NCBI GenBank assembly: GCA_963820565.1
Contig: CAWGAD010000006.1
Span: 42,333 to 106,332, forward strand
Length of the DNA stretch: 64,000 nt
From: an uncultured Gaiellaceae bacterium
GTDB taxonomy: Bacteria > Actinomycetota > Thermoleophilia > Gaiellales > Gaiellaceae
Reading direction: 5' to 3'
Shown here: positions 1 to 10,548 of the stretch, piece after piece
Numbering within the stretch: the stretch's first letter is position 1
How the letters are laid out: the number at the start of each line of letters is the position of its first letter
The notes under the pieces: model-generated
What the model saw: only the letters and a program-made list of their open reading frames with translations
What the model was told of the DNA's origin: nothing
Database searches by the model: none
Made by a program: the position numbers and the translations under genes

Positions 1-336
1 GCCGAGCGGAAGCAGCAGAAGGCGGGGACGATGTCCGGCGGCGAGCAGCAGATGGTGGCGATGGGACGCGCGCTGATGGCCCGCCCGAAGCTGCTCCTGC
101 TCGACGAGCCGTCGATGGGCCTCGCGCCGATCTTCGTCGAGAGGATCTTCGAGATCGTGCGGACGATCAACGCGCAGGGAACGCCGATCCTGCTCGTCGA
201 GCAGAACGCGCTGATGGCGCTCGACGCCGCCAGCCGGGGCTACGTGATGGAGACCGGCGTGATCGCGCTCGAAGGGCCGGCGAAGGAGTTGAGCGCGAAC
301 GAGCAGGTGCGCAAGGCGTACCTGGGAATCGACTAG
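1..336 (+). CDS. livF: Branched-chain amino acid ABC transporter ATP-binding protein, LivF-type (3' part; 5' end lies outside the window)
   Basis: The frame is open from position 1 to TAG at 334-336. It has the ABC signature SGGEQQMVAMGRAL, Walker B LLLLDEPS, LLVEQN and the C-terminal KAYLG typical of LivF-like subunits. Confidence 0.85.
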   Translation, partial: AERKQQKAGTMSGGEQQMVAMGRALMARPKLLLLDEPSMGLAPIFVERIFEIVRTINAQGTPILLVEQNALMALDAASRGYVMETGVIALEGPAKELSANEQVRKAYLGID

Positions 337-1833
337 CCCGCACCGACCTCGAGGGGAAAGTAGGGCGGGCCGAGGAGAAGGCCGAGCCTGGCCCTGCCGC
401 CGGCGCGGCCGTGCGCCATCTCCAGCGCACTCGAAAGCCCGTGGGTCGGGACGAATCCGAGCGCCCGAGCGGCCTGGTGGTCGCGGCAGCCGGCGACGAC
501 GACCGCGCCGAGCCGGTCGAGGGCCGGCCGGCAGCTCTCCCAGTCGGCGTAGGGGAGGATCGGGTGACAGGCGCGGCCGGAGCGGTAGGAGGCGAGCGCG
601 CGGTCGTCGTTCGCGGCTGCCTGCTCGGCCGACACGAGCTCCTCGCTCGTTCGCCCTTCTCGCAACTCGTGGAAGAGCGAGCGGTACGGATCCTGCGTCC
701 CGTGCGCGAAGTGGCGCGTCAGCCGGTGCAGCACGATCGCCGTCCCGCCCTCTGCGACCGGGAAGGCGTCGCGCCAGAGGCGGAGTGCGAGCCCGAGCGC
801 CACAGTGGCCACAGTGAGCGGATTGAGGCGCTCGCGCGGCGAGTGGTGGTGCTGCCACGGCATCCCGATGACGATTGCGTCGAGTGGCCGGTCGACGCGG
901 ACTGCCCGTCGCGCGATCCCGCGCAGGAGCGCCTCCGCATGCGCGACCGATGGCGGGCCGGCGAACGCGGCCACCGCGGTGAGCTCGCGGGGGAGGTCGT
1001 CGAGCAGCCGGCGCCGGATGCCCGAGGGCAGGAGCGAGACGCGCCGTCAGCGGCGACGCGGCGAGGTGCTTGAGCGCGCGTTCGTCGTAGGGGTAGCCGC
1101 GAAAGCGGCCGAGCAGCCTTGGTGGGTTGAGAACGAGCGACGCGCCGATCAGCGGGACGCGCGCTGCGAGAGTGCGCTCGAGCGCAACGCCCAGCTGCCA
1201 GCCGCGCGACGCCGTCGTCTCGAGCAGCGAGTACGAGGTGGCCGCCCGCACCGTGTCGGCCCCGCAGGCGCCGAGCAGGGCGCCCGCGCCGCCGTGGACG
1301 ACCGTCTCGGCCGCGGAGACGCAGACGACGAGGTTCGTCTCGGCGACGAGACGGTTGACCCGCAGCGGCGTGCGACCGGCGCTGCCGAGGTCGATCAGGT
1401 CGGGCGCCTCGGCATCGTGCACCTCGACCTGACCCCGAAAGCGGCGCGCCGTGTGCGGCTCGACGAGCATCTCGAGCTCACGCTGGCCCGCTCGGCGGTT
1501 CAGCCCGCCCGCGATCAGAATCGTCTGCCGCTCCGACGGGACGCCGAGTCGCTCCAGCTCGGCGATCGTCGCCGCAAGCGCCTCCCGGCGCGGATCGTTG
1601 GGCGCGCTCGGCACCGGCAGCTCGGGCGGCTCGACGACGATCGTCGCCCGCCCGCCGCGCGTGATCAGCGCTTCGAGCGGCGCGCCGGAGAGGGGAAAGC
1701 GGAGCGCATCTCGCACAGCCGCGCCGACGTCGGCGATCGCCTCCGACGGTGGCGGCGGGCGGAGCACCACCGCGTCCTCGGGCGCGTTGACGACGGCGAC
1801 GCGGGAGCCCGACGGGATCGGGACTCGGACCAC
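333..1833 (-). CDS. LarA-like / DUF2088 (lactate racemase N-terminal domain) family protein; reading frame broken once near 1047-1060
   Basis: A GTG start at 1833 overlaps the stop of the upstream GNAT gene. My hand translation gives VVRVPIPSGSRVAVVNAPEDAVVL...RATIVVEPPELPVP...ILIAGGLNRRAG...NLVVCVSAAETVVHGGAGALLG. Continuity then passes into the 333..974 ORF frame (LPSGIRRRLLDDLPRELTAVAAFAGPP...). Family recognised from memory only. Confidence 0.55.
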
Positions 1834-2792
1834 TACGGGATGTGCCGGTACAGCCGCAGGAACGTCTCGCGGAAGCCGCGCCCCGCCCAGAACCGAGATG
1901 CGAGCAGGTTGGCCACGCGCCAGTCCGCGACCATCGTCTCGTAGCCGCGCTCGCCCGCCCACGCGTACGCCGCCTGCATCAGCGCCAGCCCGACGCCCGA
2001 GCCGCGGATGTCCGGCCGCGTCGCTGCCCAGGCGAGCACCACCGCACTGTCGGGCCGGGCGAGCCCCGAGTGCACGCTCGACTTCTCGACCGGGGCGAGA
2101 ACGAAGGAGCCGACGATTCGCCCCTCCTGCTCCACGACGAGGTCGCCGTGCGCGTCATCGGCCAGGTCTTCGAGGATCTCCGTCCGCAGCTCCTCCGGGC
2201 TTTCCTGGGGAAGACCGCGCGCGAAGACGGGCGATTGGGTCTGGTAGTCCGTCAGCTCTGGGTCGAGGTCGACCAGTCCATCGACGTCCTCGATCGTCGC
2301 GAGCCGAACAGCCGCCGGCCAGTCGGTGGCGACAACTTCCTGAATCCCGTGCGCGTGCTGCTGGCCGAACCCGACTCTCGCCCACGCTTCGACGAGGGCT
2401 CGGTCCGACGCCGGGACGAACGCATAGTGGCGTGGTCGCTCGTCCTCGTCGACCCACTTGCCCGCGGCGGCTGCGTACAGGTCGCGCAGATCCTCCGGCT
2501 GCTCGACGGCATGCCCCGCGAGCTCGACCCAGATGTTCGGGCCCCAGATCTCGTCGCGCTTGCGGATCCCCAGCAGATAGCCGACGACCCGCGAGCCTCG
2601 GAGGGCGACGACGCCGCTCGCACCGTCGGCTTGCGCGAGCGCCTCGACCTCCTTCGCCGCTTCGGCGGGGTCTTCGTAGCGCTGTGGCAGCAGCGGCTCG
2701 GCTGCGCGATGAGCCGAGTGGCGGGCCGCGAGCAGCTCGCCGGCGTGGGCGATGTACTCGTCGGAAAATGGGCGAATCGAGAGGCGCGTCAT
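1833..2792 (-). CDS. GNAT family N-acetyltransferase (two acetyltransferase-like halves)
   Basis: Intact 319-aa ORF. The C-terminal half carries an acetyl-CoA-binding motif (RPDIRGSGVGLALMQAAYAWAGERGY). Third-position GC is high. Confidence 0.8.
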   Translation of the reverse strand: MTRLSIRPFSDEYIAHAGELLAARHSAHRAAEPLLPQRYEDPAEAAKEVEALAQADGASGVVALRGSRVVGYLLGIRKRDEIWGPNIWVELAGHAVEQPEDLRDLYAAAAGKWVDEDERPRHYAFVPASDRALVEAWARVGFGQQHAHGIQEVVATDWPAAVRLATIEDVDGLVDLDPELTDYQTQSPVFARGLPQESPEELRTEILEDLADDAHGDLVVEQEGRIVGSFVLAPVEKSSVHSGLARPDSAVVLAWAATRPDIRGSGVGLALMQAAYAWAGERGYETMVADWRVANLLASRFWAGRGFRETFLRLYRHIP

Positions 2793-2817
2793 TGCGGCGA
2801 GACGATAGCGTCAGGGT

Positions 2818-5404
2818 GTGCCGAAGACGCTGACAGGACAGGAGCTGCAGCTCGACGACGGGCCTGCACGCGACTCCGAGCTCTTCCTCGTCGACGGCAA
2901 CAACCTCGCCTATCGGGCCTTCTTCGCGCTGCCGGAAGAGCTCGCGACGAGCGACGGCTTCCCCACGAACGCCCTCCTCGGCTTCGCGAACATGCTCTTC
3001 AAGCTTCTCTCGGACTACCGGCCGAAGGGTGTCGCTGTCGCCTGGGACTCGAGCCCGACCCACCGTGCCGCCGTCGCCGAGGCCGCGGACGTCGTCTACA
3101 AGCTCGGGCGGCGGCCGATGCCCGACCTGCTCCGCGAGCAGTTCCCGCACTTCCGCCCGATCGTCGAGGCGTTCGGCTACCGCAACCTCGAGTTCGAGGG
3201 CTGGGAGGCGGACGACGTCATCGCCACGCTCGCCACCCGGGCCGACGAGGCCGGCGTGAAGACGACCGTCGTCTCGACCGACCGCGACGCGTTCCAGCTC
3301 TGCTCGCCGAACATCACCTTGATGATGACCCCGCGCGGCGTCGCGGACGTGCACGTCTACACGCCCGAGCGGGTCGAGCTCCGCTACGGCGTGCGCCCGG
3401 ACCAGGTGCCCGACTTCATCGGGCTCAAGGGCGACAGCTCCGACAACATTCCGGGCGTCCCCGGGATCGGCGACAAGACCGCGGGACAGCTGATCGCGCA
3501 GTACGGCTCGCTCGAGGAGGTGATCGCACATGCGGACGAGCTCTCGCCGGCACGCCGCAAGAACATCACCGAGTTCGCCGACCAGGCGCGCATGTCGAAG
3601 GAGCTCGCGACGATGCGGCGCGATCTCGATCTCGACTTCGATCCGACCGGGATCGTCCTCGAGCCGCCCGACCGCTCGCAGCTCCGCGAGATGTTCCGCC
3701 GGTACGAGTTCCGCGCGCTGCTGAACCGGATCGACGACCTCGAGGACGCGATCCCGGCGGCCGTGCCGGTCCCGGTGGCCGGCACCGTCGTCCCGTGGCA
3801 CGAGGGTGAGCTGCCCCACGTGCAGGGTCGCGCGGGGATCGCCGTCATCGACGGCCGGTTCGCGCTCGCGCAGGAGGATGGCGTCACGGTCGGCGCGTGG
3901 GACGAGAGTGCCCCGTCGAAGCTCCGCGACGCCCAGCTCGTCGCTCACGACTTACAAGTCGCTGCCGCGGCTGACGATGCGGCCGGCGGACGACACGCTG
4001 ATCGAGGCGTACCTGATCGAGCCCGGCCGCTCCGAGTACCTGATCGACGACCTCCAGCGCGAGTACGGGCTCGAAGTGATCCCCGAGCCGGCGACGGAGG
4101 AGGAGACCACGGCGCTGATCACGCGCGCGGAGGCCGCGCGCCGCCTCGCCGGGCCGATGCGCGAGCGGGTCGTCGAACGTGGCTCCGAGCGGCTCTACGA
4201 CGAGATCGAGCTGCCGCTGACGGCGGTGCTGGCCTCGATGGAGGACGCGGGCGTCAAGATCGACACCTACCGGATGGGCGAGATCACCGCCCGGCTCGCC
4301 GACCGCGTCGAGGAGCTCGAGGCCAAGGCGTACGAGCTCGCGGGCGAGGAGTTCATGCTCGGCTCGACCCAGCAGGTGGCGCGGATCCTGTTCGAGAAGC
4401 TCGAGCTGACGCCGGGCCGCAAGGGAAAGACCGGCTACTCGACGGACACGCGTGTGCTCCGGTCGATCCGCGGCGAGCACGAGATCGTCGGGGTGATCGA
4501 GGAGTGGCGCGAGCTCTCGAAGCTCGTCAACACGTACCTGAAGCCCCTCCCGCTCCTGATCTCCGAGGCCGACGGCCGGCTGCACACGACCTTCAACCAG
4601 GCGGCGGCATCCACGGGCCGCCTCTCGACGACGAACCCGAACCTGCAGGCGATCCCGATCCGCACCGAGCTCGGGCGCGAGATCCGCTCCGCGTTCGTCG
4701 CCGAGCAGGGGCACCGGCTGATCTCGGCCGACTACAGCCAGGTCGAGCTGCGGATCCTGGCGCACGTCTCCGGCGAGCCGCGCCTGCGCGAGGCGTTCGC
4801 CCGCAACGAGGACATTCACACGGCGACGGCGGCGGAGGTGCTGGGCAAGGACCCTGCGCAGTTGACCAAGGACGAGCGCAACGTCGCCAAGATGGTCAAC
4901 TTCGGGATCATCTACGGCATCTCGTCGTTCGGCCTCTCCGAGAACCTCGAGATTCCGCGGGAGCAGGCCCAGGAGTACATCGACACCTATCTGGCGCGCT
5001 TCCCGCACGTGCAGGACTTCATCCAGCGCACGATCGAGCAGGCCGAGCGGGACGGCTACGTGACGACGCTGCTCGGCCGGCGCCGGCCGATCCCGGAGAT
5101 CCGCGTCCGCAACCGCCAGACCCGCGCCCTCGGCGAGCGGCTCGCGGTCAACTCGGTCATGCAGGGCACCGCGGCGGACATCATCAAGGTGGCGATGATC
5201 CGCATCCACGACCGGTTGCGGGAGGAGGGGAGGGGCGCTCGCCTCGTCCTCCAGGTGCACGACGAGCTCCTGCTCGAGGCGCCCGAGACGGAGACGAGCG
5301 CGACGAAGGAGCTCGTGCGGGCGGAGATGTGCGCCGCGTACCCGCTCGACCCGCCGCTCGCCGTCGACGTGGGCGTCGGCGACGACTGGAACGAAGCCAA
5401 GTAA
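2818..5404 (+). CDS. polA: DNA polymerase I; one frameshift at about 3952
   Basis: The N-terminal 5'-3' exonuclease region (LVDGNNLAYRAFFALP, GDSSDNIPGVPGIGDKTA) is in ORF 2818... The polymerase domain (DYSQVELRILAH, QVHDELLLE) is in ORF 3806..5404. The two frames join at CACGACTTACAAG (LVAHD | YKSLPRL); removing one T restores the frame. Confidence 0.95.
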
Positions 5405-5456
5405 CAGACTGTTACTAAGCCCGGGCCGCGGCCGGTGAGCTCGGGCTGGACCTGGC

Positions 5457-5462
5457 TATACT
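5457..5462 (+). promoter_or_regulatory. Candidate -10 hexamer TATACT upstream of rpsA
   Basis: A TANNNT-type hexamer lies 12 nt upstream of the rpsA ATG (5475) in an otherwise GC-rich spacer. No clear -35 element. Confidence 0.3.
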
Positions 5463-5474
5463 GCGCAACTCGTT

Positions 5475-7058
5475 ATGGCGAACGACACCATCGAGAAGCC
5501 GCAGCAAGCCGAAGAAGGGGTCTGGGTAACCGGGCCTGACGGCGAGCTGATCCCCGACTACGAGTCGACCTTCCCCACGATCAACGAGGGCGAGGTCGTG
5601 CACGGCACGGTCGTCCGCGTCGACAAGGACGAGGTGCTCGTCGACATCGGCTACAAGTCGGAGGGCGTCATCCCGGTCGCCGAGCTCTCGATCCGCCGCT
5701 CGGTCAACCCGGCCGACGAGGTCTCGGTGGGCGAGGAGATCGACGCGCTGGTGCTCACGAAGGAGGACGCCGAGGGGCGCCTGATCCTGTCGAAGAAGCG
5801 CGCGCGGTTCGAGCTCGCCTGGAAGAAGATCGAGGCCGCTGCCGAGTCCGGCGAGCCGGTCATCGGCCGCGTGATCGAAGTCGTCAAGGGCGGCCTGATC
5901 CTCGACCTGGGCGTTCGCGGCTTCCTGCCCGCCTCGCTCGTCGACATCCGCCGCGTGCAGGATCTCGACGAGTTCATGGGGACCGAGCTTCGCTGCAAGG
6001 TGATCGAGCTGAACCGGTCGCGCAACAACGTCGTGCTCTCCCGTCGCGCCGTCCTCGAGGACGAGCGCAAGGAGCAGCGCCAGCAGATTCTCGACCGGCT
6101 CAACCCGGGCGACATCGTCGAGGGGACGATCTCGAACATCGTCGACTTCGGCGCCTTCGTCGACCTGGACGGGATGGACGGCCTGATCCACATCTCCGAG
6201 CTCTCGTGGAGCCACGTCAACCACCCCTCGGAGGTGCTCGAGATCGGCCAGGAGGTCAAGGTCAAGGTGCTCGACATCGACCGCGAGCGCCAGCGGATCT
6301 CACTCGGCCTGAAGCAGACGCAGTCGGATCCGTGGCAGCAGGTGATCGAGAGCTACAGCGAGGGCGACGTCGTCGAAGGGCGCGTGACGAAGGTCGTCAC
6401 GTTCGGCGCCTTCGTCGAGATCCTCCCCGGCGTCGAGGGGCTCGTGCACATCTCCGAGCTGGCGCAGCACCACGTCGAGAACCCGCGCGAGGTCGTCTCG
6501 CAGGGCGACGCGGTCAACGTGCTCATCCTCGAGGTCGACGCCGAGCGGCGCCGCCTCTCGCTCTCGCTGAAGCGGGTCGAGGAGGGGCAGGAGCCGCTCC
6601 CGCGCGCGGACGGCGGCGAGTCCGTCCACCTGACGCCGAACCTGAACCTCTCCGAGGACGTCTTCCCGGCAGGCGCCGGGGCTGACGAGGCGCCCGAGCT
6701 CTCCGAGGCCGTCGAGGCTCCCGAAGTCGCTGAGGCTCCGGAAGCTGGGGCTCCGGAAGCGGAGGCTGCGGAGGCTGTGACTGCTGAAGCTGAGGCGACG
6801 CCCGAGCTCGAGGCTGCGGCCGAGCCGGAGCCCGAGGCCGCCGCAGAGCCGGAGGCCGCCGCAGAGCCGGAGGCAGCAGCGGAGCCGGAGCTCGAGGACG
6901 CGCCGGCGCCGGAGTCGGACGCCGCTGCCGAGGTCGAGGTGGAGGCCGAGTCGACCGTCGAGGCCGAGGCTGCCGCCGGAGACGAACCGGTCGACGAGCC
7001 GGCGGCCGAGTCGGATGCTGCATCGGGCGACGAGCCCGAATCCACTCCCGCAGCGTAA
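5475..7058 (+). CDS. rpsA: 30S ribosomal protein S1 with a long acidic Ala/Glu/Pro-rich C-terminal tail
   Basis: Intact 527-aa ORF with four S1 domains (GEVVHGTVVRVDKDEVLVDIG, VIGRVIEVVKGGLILDLG, IVEGTISNIVDFGAFVDL, VVEGRVTKVVTFGAFVEI). It sits between polA and coaE, as in other actinobacteria. Confidence 0.95.
   Translation: MANDTIEKPQQAEEGVWVTGPDGELIPDYESTFPTINEGEVVHGTVVRVDKDEVLVDIGYKSEGVIPVAELSIRRSVNPADEVSVGEEIDALVLTKEDAEGRLILSKKRARFELAWKKIEAAAESGEPVIGRVIEVVKGGLILDLGVRGFLPASLVDIRRVQDLDEFMGTELRCKVIELNRSRNNVVLSRRAVLEDERKEQRQQILDRLNPGDIVEGTISNIVDFGAFVDLDGMDGLIHISELSWSHVNHPSEVLEIGQEVKVKVLDIDRERQRISLGLKQTQSDPWQQVIESYSEGDVVEGRVTKVVTFGAFVEILPGVEGLVHISELAQHHVENPREVVSQGDAVNVLILEVDAERRRLSLSLKRVEEGQEPLPRADGGESVHLTPNLNLSEDVFPAGAGADEAPELSEAVEAPEVAEAPEAGAPEAEAAEAVTAEAEATPELEAAAEPEPEAAAEPEAAAEPEAAAEPELEDAPAPESDAAAEVEVEAESTVEAEAAAGDEPVDEPAAESDAASGDEPESTPAA
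6822..6893 (+). repeat. Coding tandem repeat, 18-bp unit GAGCCGGAGGCCGCCGCA (EPEAAA), about 3.5 copies, inside the rpsA tail
   Basis: Read directly: AEPEPEAAAEPEAAAEPEAAAEPELE. Confidence 0.8.
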
Positions 7059-7059
7059 G

Positions 7060-7647
7060 TTGTCTCGGCCGATCGCGGTCGCGATCACCGGCGGGATCGG
7101 GGCCGGCAAGAGCGAAGCGCTGTACGCATTCCAGAAGGCGGGCGCTGCGACCGTCTCGAGCGACGAGATCGTCCATCACCTGCTTCGCTCGGATCCCGAG
7201 GTGCGCGCCGCGATCACGCGAGAGCTCGGTGACGACGTCCTGAACGCGGACGGCGAGGTCGATCGCGGCCTCGTCGCGAAGAAGGTGTTCGCCGACCGGG
7301 CGAAGCTCGACTTCCTGGAGCAGCTCCTGCACCCGCGCGTGGCCGCGGAGTACCTCCGCTGGCGCGAACAGCTTGCCGAGCTTCCGAATCCGCCGGCCGT
7401 CACCGTCACCGAGGTGCCCCTCCTGTACGAGACCGGCGGGGACAAGCGCTTCGACAAGGTGGTCGTGATCACGGCTCCGGCCAAGCTGCGCGAGCAGCGC
7501 CGCCGTGTTGCCCGCGACGATCGCGACGAGCGGCTGCTGCCGGACAAGGAGAAGGCCGCCCGCGCCGACTTCGTCTACGTCAACACGGGGACGCTCGAGG
7601 ATCTCGACGCGTGGGTCGCCGGTGTGATGGCGGAGCTGACGGCGTGA
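7060..7647 (+). CDS. coaE: Dephospho-CoA kinase
   Basis: P-loop ITGGIGAGKS sits right after an in-frame TTG at 7060, 2 nt after the rpsA stop. The track ORF starts at 7015 inside rpsA, so the later start is preferred. Confidence 0.9.
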   Translation: MSRPIAVAITGGIGAGKSEALYAFQKAGAATVSSDEIVHHLLRSDPEVRAAITRELGDDVLNADGEVDRGLVAKKVFADRAKLDFLEQLLHPRVAAEYLRWREQLAELPNPPAVTVTEVPLLYETGGDKRFDKVVVITAPAKLREQRRRVARDDRDERLLPDKEKAARADFVYVNTGTLEDLDAWVAGVMAELTA

Positions 7648-8190
7648 AGATCCTCAGCTTCGGCGTGCTGGCCCTCGTGGTCGCGTCGTTCGCCGTCTAC
7701 GTGCTCGAGACGGAGCCGCGCTGGTACGAGCGGCTGCGCTACCCGCTCCGCTACGAGGAGTTCGTCGTCGGCCACGCCGAGAACTACCACCTCGACCCAG
7801 AGCTCGTCGCCGCGATGATCTATCAGGAGTCCAAGTTCGACGCGGACGCCGTCTCGGCTTCCGGAGCGGTCGGCCTGATGCAGCTCCTCCCCGAGACGGG
7901 CCAGGGCATCGCGGACCGCACCGGTGGGAACAGCTGGAAGCCTGACGACCTGCGAAACCCGGAGCTGAACATCCGCTACGGCTCCTGGTATTTCCGCCAC
8001 CTGCTCGACAAGTACGGCGACGAGGAGCTCGCCCTGGCCGCCTACAACGCGGGCCAGGCCAACGTCGACCGCTGGCGGGAAGCAGGAACGGGAATCGAGT
8101 TCGCCGAGACGCGCCACTACATCGACCGCGTGCAGGAGCTGAAGGCGATCTACGCGCGCGCGTACGCGAGCCGAGCTCGGCCTGTCCTAA
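7644..8190 (+). CDS. Membrane-anchored lytic transglycosylase (SLT domain); 3' end probably frameshifted (the ORF as given runs to 8267)
   Basis: GTG at 7644 overlaps the coaE stop (GTGA). An N-terminal TM segment is followed by the SLT motif IYQESKFDADAVSASGAVGLMQLLP...AAYNAG. A 1-nt shift near 8170-8175 gives ...YARAYASELGLS* ending at 8190, 9 nt before the next ATG (8200). Confidence 0.85.
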
Positions 8191-8199
8191 GCTTCCGGC

Positions 8200-8735
8200 A
8201 TGCGCGTCGTCGCTGCGCTGCTGCTGGCCCTGGTCGTCGCGGTCCCCGCGCTCGCGGACGAGCCTGAGCCGTACGTCCGCAACTGCTCGTCGAGTGCGTT
8301 CGGCGATCTCGGCCAGGGCTGGCGCGAGCGGGCAATGGTTGCCGGTCACGTCGCGTTCGTCGGGATGAAGAACGGCTACGACCGCATGTACCTCGACCCG
8401 GTCGGAGCGGGGAGGGGGAATCCACTGAAGGTGCTCGTCGTCGTCAATTCGAACGCCGCGCCGACGGTGACGATCGCTCCGCGCTCACGCGCGTACGCAG
8501 CGCTGGGCTACAACTCGATCCGCCGAAAGGACAGCACGGGCGTTCCGCTCGCGGACGGCACACAGAGCGTCCGCTTCCGGGCTGCGACGTCGTCCGCTCC
8601 CGCGAGCCCTGGAACCGGGGCACGCAGTTCCCGGGCTACTTCCTCGTCTCCGGCGCACGCTGCGTGCACGTCGACATCGCGACCCAGGGCAAGGTGCTGC
8701 GCCGGAAGCTCAGCTTCGGCGCGCGCTGCAGCTAA
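8200..8735 (+). CDS. Secreted hypothetical protein; one frameshift near 8560-8590
   Basis: Signal peptide MRVVAALLLALVVAVPALA. Coding-like sequence continues in another frame (CDVVRSREPWNRGTQFPGYFLVSGARCVHVDIATQGKVLRRKLSFGARCS*) to TAA at 8733-8735. The as-given ORF tail is Arg/Ser-rich junk. Confidence 0.5.
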
Positions 8736-9284
8736 CGCGGCGCGACGCCGGTCTCGATCAGCGTCATCAGCTGGTCCAGGTCGGGCATCGGGTCGTCGGT
8801 CACGCGTGCGAACGCGACCCCGTTCGCGAGCATGCCGAGGAACTGGGCGATCACCTCGATCGGGACGTCGTCGCGCGTGACCCCGCCGAGACGCTCGAAG
8901 CGCGACTCCCGCTGTGCCTGCACGTCCGCGTCGAGTCGCTTGAGCATCTCCCGGAAGCTGGTCGTCGGTGCGGACGCGCCGCGCCGCCTCGATCTGGACC
9001 GAGAGCCACGCCGGATCCTCGTGCGTGACGCCTCGAGCAGGGCCCGGTACCCGTGCTCGAGCCAGATCTCGACGAAGCCGGTCGGACGAGCGCCGCACGA
9101 GCGCGACGAAGAGCGCTTCCTTGTTCTCGAAGTAGTTGAAGATGGCGCCGCGGGAGAGACCGGTCTCCTGCTCGAGCCGCGCAACCGTCGCCCCCTCGTA
9201 GCCGTGCCGCGCGAACGCACGCTGGGCGCCGGCGAGGATCTGCTCGCGGCGGGCCTCCTTGTGCTCCTCGGTCACCTTCGGCAT
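8732..9284 (-). CDS. TetR family transcriptional regulator; at least 3 frameshifts (about 9085-9095, 9028-9032, 8955-8962)
   Basis: The N-terminal HTH (ILAGAQRAFARHGYEGATVARLEQETGLSRGAIFNYFENKEALF) is in ORF 8508..9284. The remainder alternates between that frame and ORF 8732..9220 (GFVEIWLEHGYRALLEA | THEDPAWLSVQIEAARRVRTDDQ | FREMLKRLDAD...LIETGVAPR*). Confidence 0.8.
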
Positions 9285-9303
9285 CGCATCTCACTTTACA
9301 AAA

Positions 9304-9315
9304 ACGTACGGACGT
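9304..9315. promoter_or_regulatory. Imperfect palindrome ACGTACGGACGT in the AT-rich TetR/MFS divergent intergenic region (candidate operator)
   Basis: The 46-bp spacer 9285-9330 (TCTCACTTTACAAAAACGTACGGACGTATTATTATCGCGCTG) is unusually AT-rich for this sequence. The 12-mer is self-complementary at 10 of 12 positions. Confidence 0.3.
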
Positions 9316-9330
9316 ATTATTATCGCGCTG

Positions 9331-10542
9331 GTGAGCAAGAGACCGATCATCGCGCTCGTCGCCGCCGAGATCACGTCGATCCTCGGTTCGCGCATGACCT
9401 ATCTGGCGCTTCCGTGGTTCGTGCTCGTGACGACGGGATCGGCCGCGAAGATGACGGTCGTCCTCGCCGCCGAGATCCTGCCGATGGCGATCTTCGGCAT
9501 TCCGAGCGGCATGGTCGTCGAGCGGCTTGGCGCGCGCACGACGATGCTGGTCTGCGACGCCGCGCGCGCGCCGCTCCTGGCCTCGCTGCCGATCCTGCAC
9601 TCGTTCGACCTGCTCAGCTTCCCGCTGCTGATCGCGCTCGTCTTCGTGCTCGGCTGCTTCATGGCCCCGTACTTCGCGGCGCAGCGGGTGATCTTGCCGG
9701 AGCTCGTCGGCGAGGACGAGACGACGATTGCGCAGGCGAACAGCATGATCGAGGGCGGAACCGCGTTCGCCGGGCTTGCCGGCCCGTTGCTCGCAGGGAT
9801 TCTGATTCCGTTCCTCGGTGCGCCGAACGTGCTCTACGTCGATGCGGCGACGTACGTCGTCTCGTTCCTGCTCCTCATCGGGTTCGTGCCGCGGACGAAG
9901 AAACTCGGCGCCTCGATCGCGACCGGCGTGCTCGCGGGAATCCAGTTCTTCGTTCGCGACAAGCTGCTCGCGCGGCTGGGCATCACCGTGGTCGTGCTGA
10001 ACTTCCTCGCGGCCGGGCTCTCCGCAGCCTTGCCGTACTACGCGTTCGACGCCTTCTCCGGGAACTCGAAGATCGCGGGGCTCTTCTACACCGCGATCGG
10101 CGCCGGCGCTTTGCTCGGCAGTGTCGGCGCGGTGCTGGTCGTGAAGCGGCTGCCTCCCCTCCGGCTCGCAGGTGTGGCGATCGTGTGCATGTGCCTCCCA
10201 CTTTGGCTGTTGCCGTTCGACCTGCCTGCCTGGGGCGTGATGGCGACCCTGTTCGTCGCGCTGCTCTTCGCACCGCTCGTGAACGGGCCGACGATCGGCG
10301 TCATCACGGCCCGGACGCCCGTCGAGCTGCGGCCGAAGGTGATGGCTGCGCTGATCTCGGTCGCCGCGCTCGCGCAGCCGCTCGGGTTCCTCGTGGCCGG
10401 CCAGCTGCTCGAGCCGTGGGGCGTCAGCCGCGTCTTCGCAGCCGTCGCGATCGGGATGACCGCGACGGCGCTCGCCTTCGCCACGATCGCATTTCGGCAC
10501 AGCGGCGAGGCGACGCCTGAAGTCCCGGCCGTCGCGGCGTAG
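9331..10542 (+). CDS. MFS transporter (12-TM, drug/enterobactin-exporter-like), divergent from the TetR gene
   Basis: Intact ORF. The in-frame GTG at 9331 is preferred over the track start at 9259, which would overlap the TetR gene. Hydrophobic throughout (LALPWFVLVTTGSAAKMTVVLAAEILPMAIFGIPSG...). Confidence 0.85.
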   Translation: MSKRPIIALVAAEITSILGSRMTYLALPWFVLVTTGSAAKMTVVLAAEILPMAIFGIPSGMVVERLGARTTMLVCDAARAPLLASLPILHSFDLLSFPLLIALVFVLGCFMAPYFAAQRVILPELVGEDETTIAQANSMIEGGTAFAGLAGPLLAGILIPFLGAPNVLYVDAATYVVSFLLLIGFVPRTKKLGASIATGVLAGIQFFVRDKLLARLGITVVVLNFLAAGLSAALPYYAFDAFSGNSKIAGLFYTAIGAGALLGSVGAVLVVKRLPPLRLAGVAIVCMCLPLWLLPFDLPAWGVMATLFVALLFAPLVNGPTIGVITARTPVELRPKVMAALISVAALAQPLGFLVAGQLLEPWGVSRVFAAVAIGMTATALAFATIAFRHSGEATPEVPAVAA

Positions 10543-10548
10543 GGCCGT

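Noticed and set aside
1451-3809. Plus-strand ORFs of 460 and 655 aa overlapping the LarA-like, GNAT and polA genes.
   Set aside because: They have Arg/Pro/Ser/Ala-rich off-frame composition. They overlap better-supported genes on the same and opposite strands, and no motifs were recognised.
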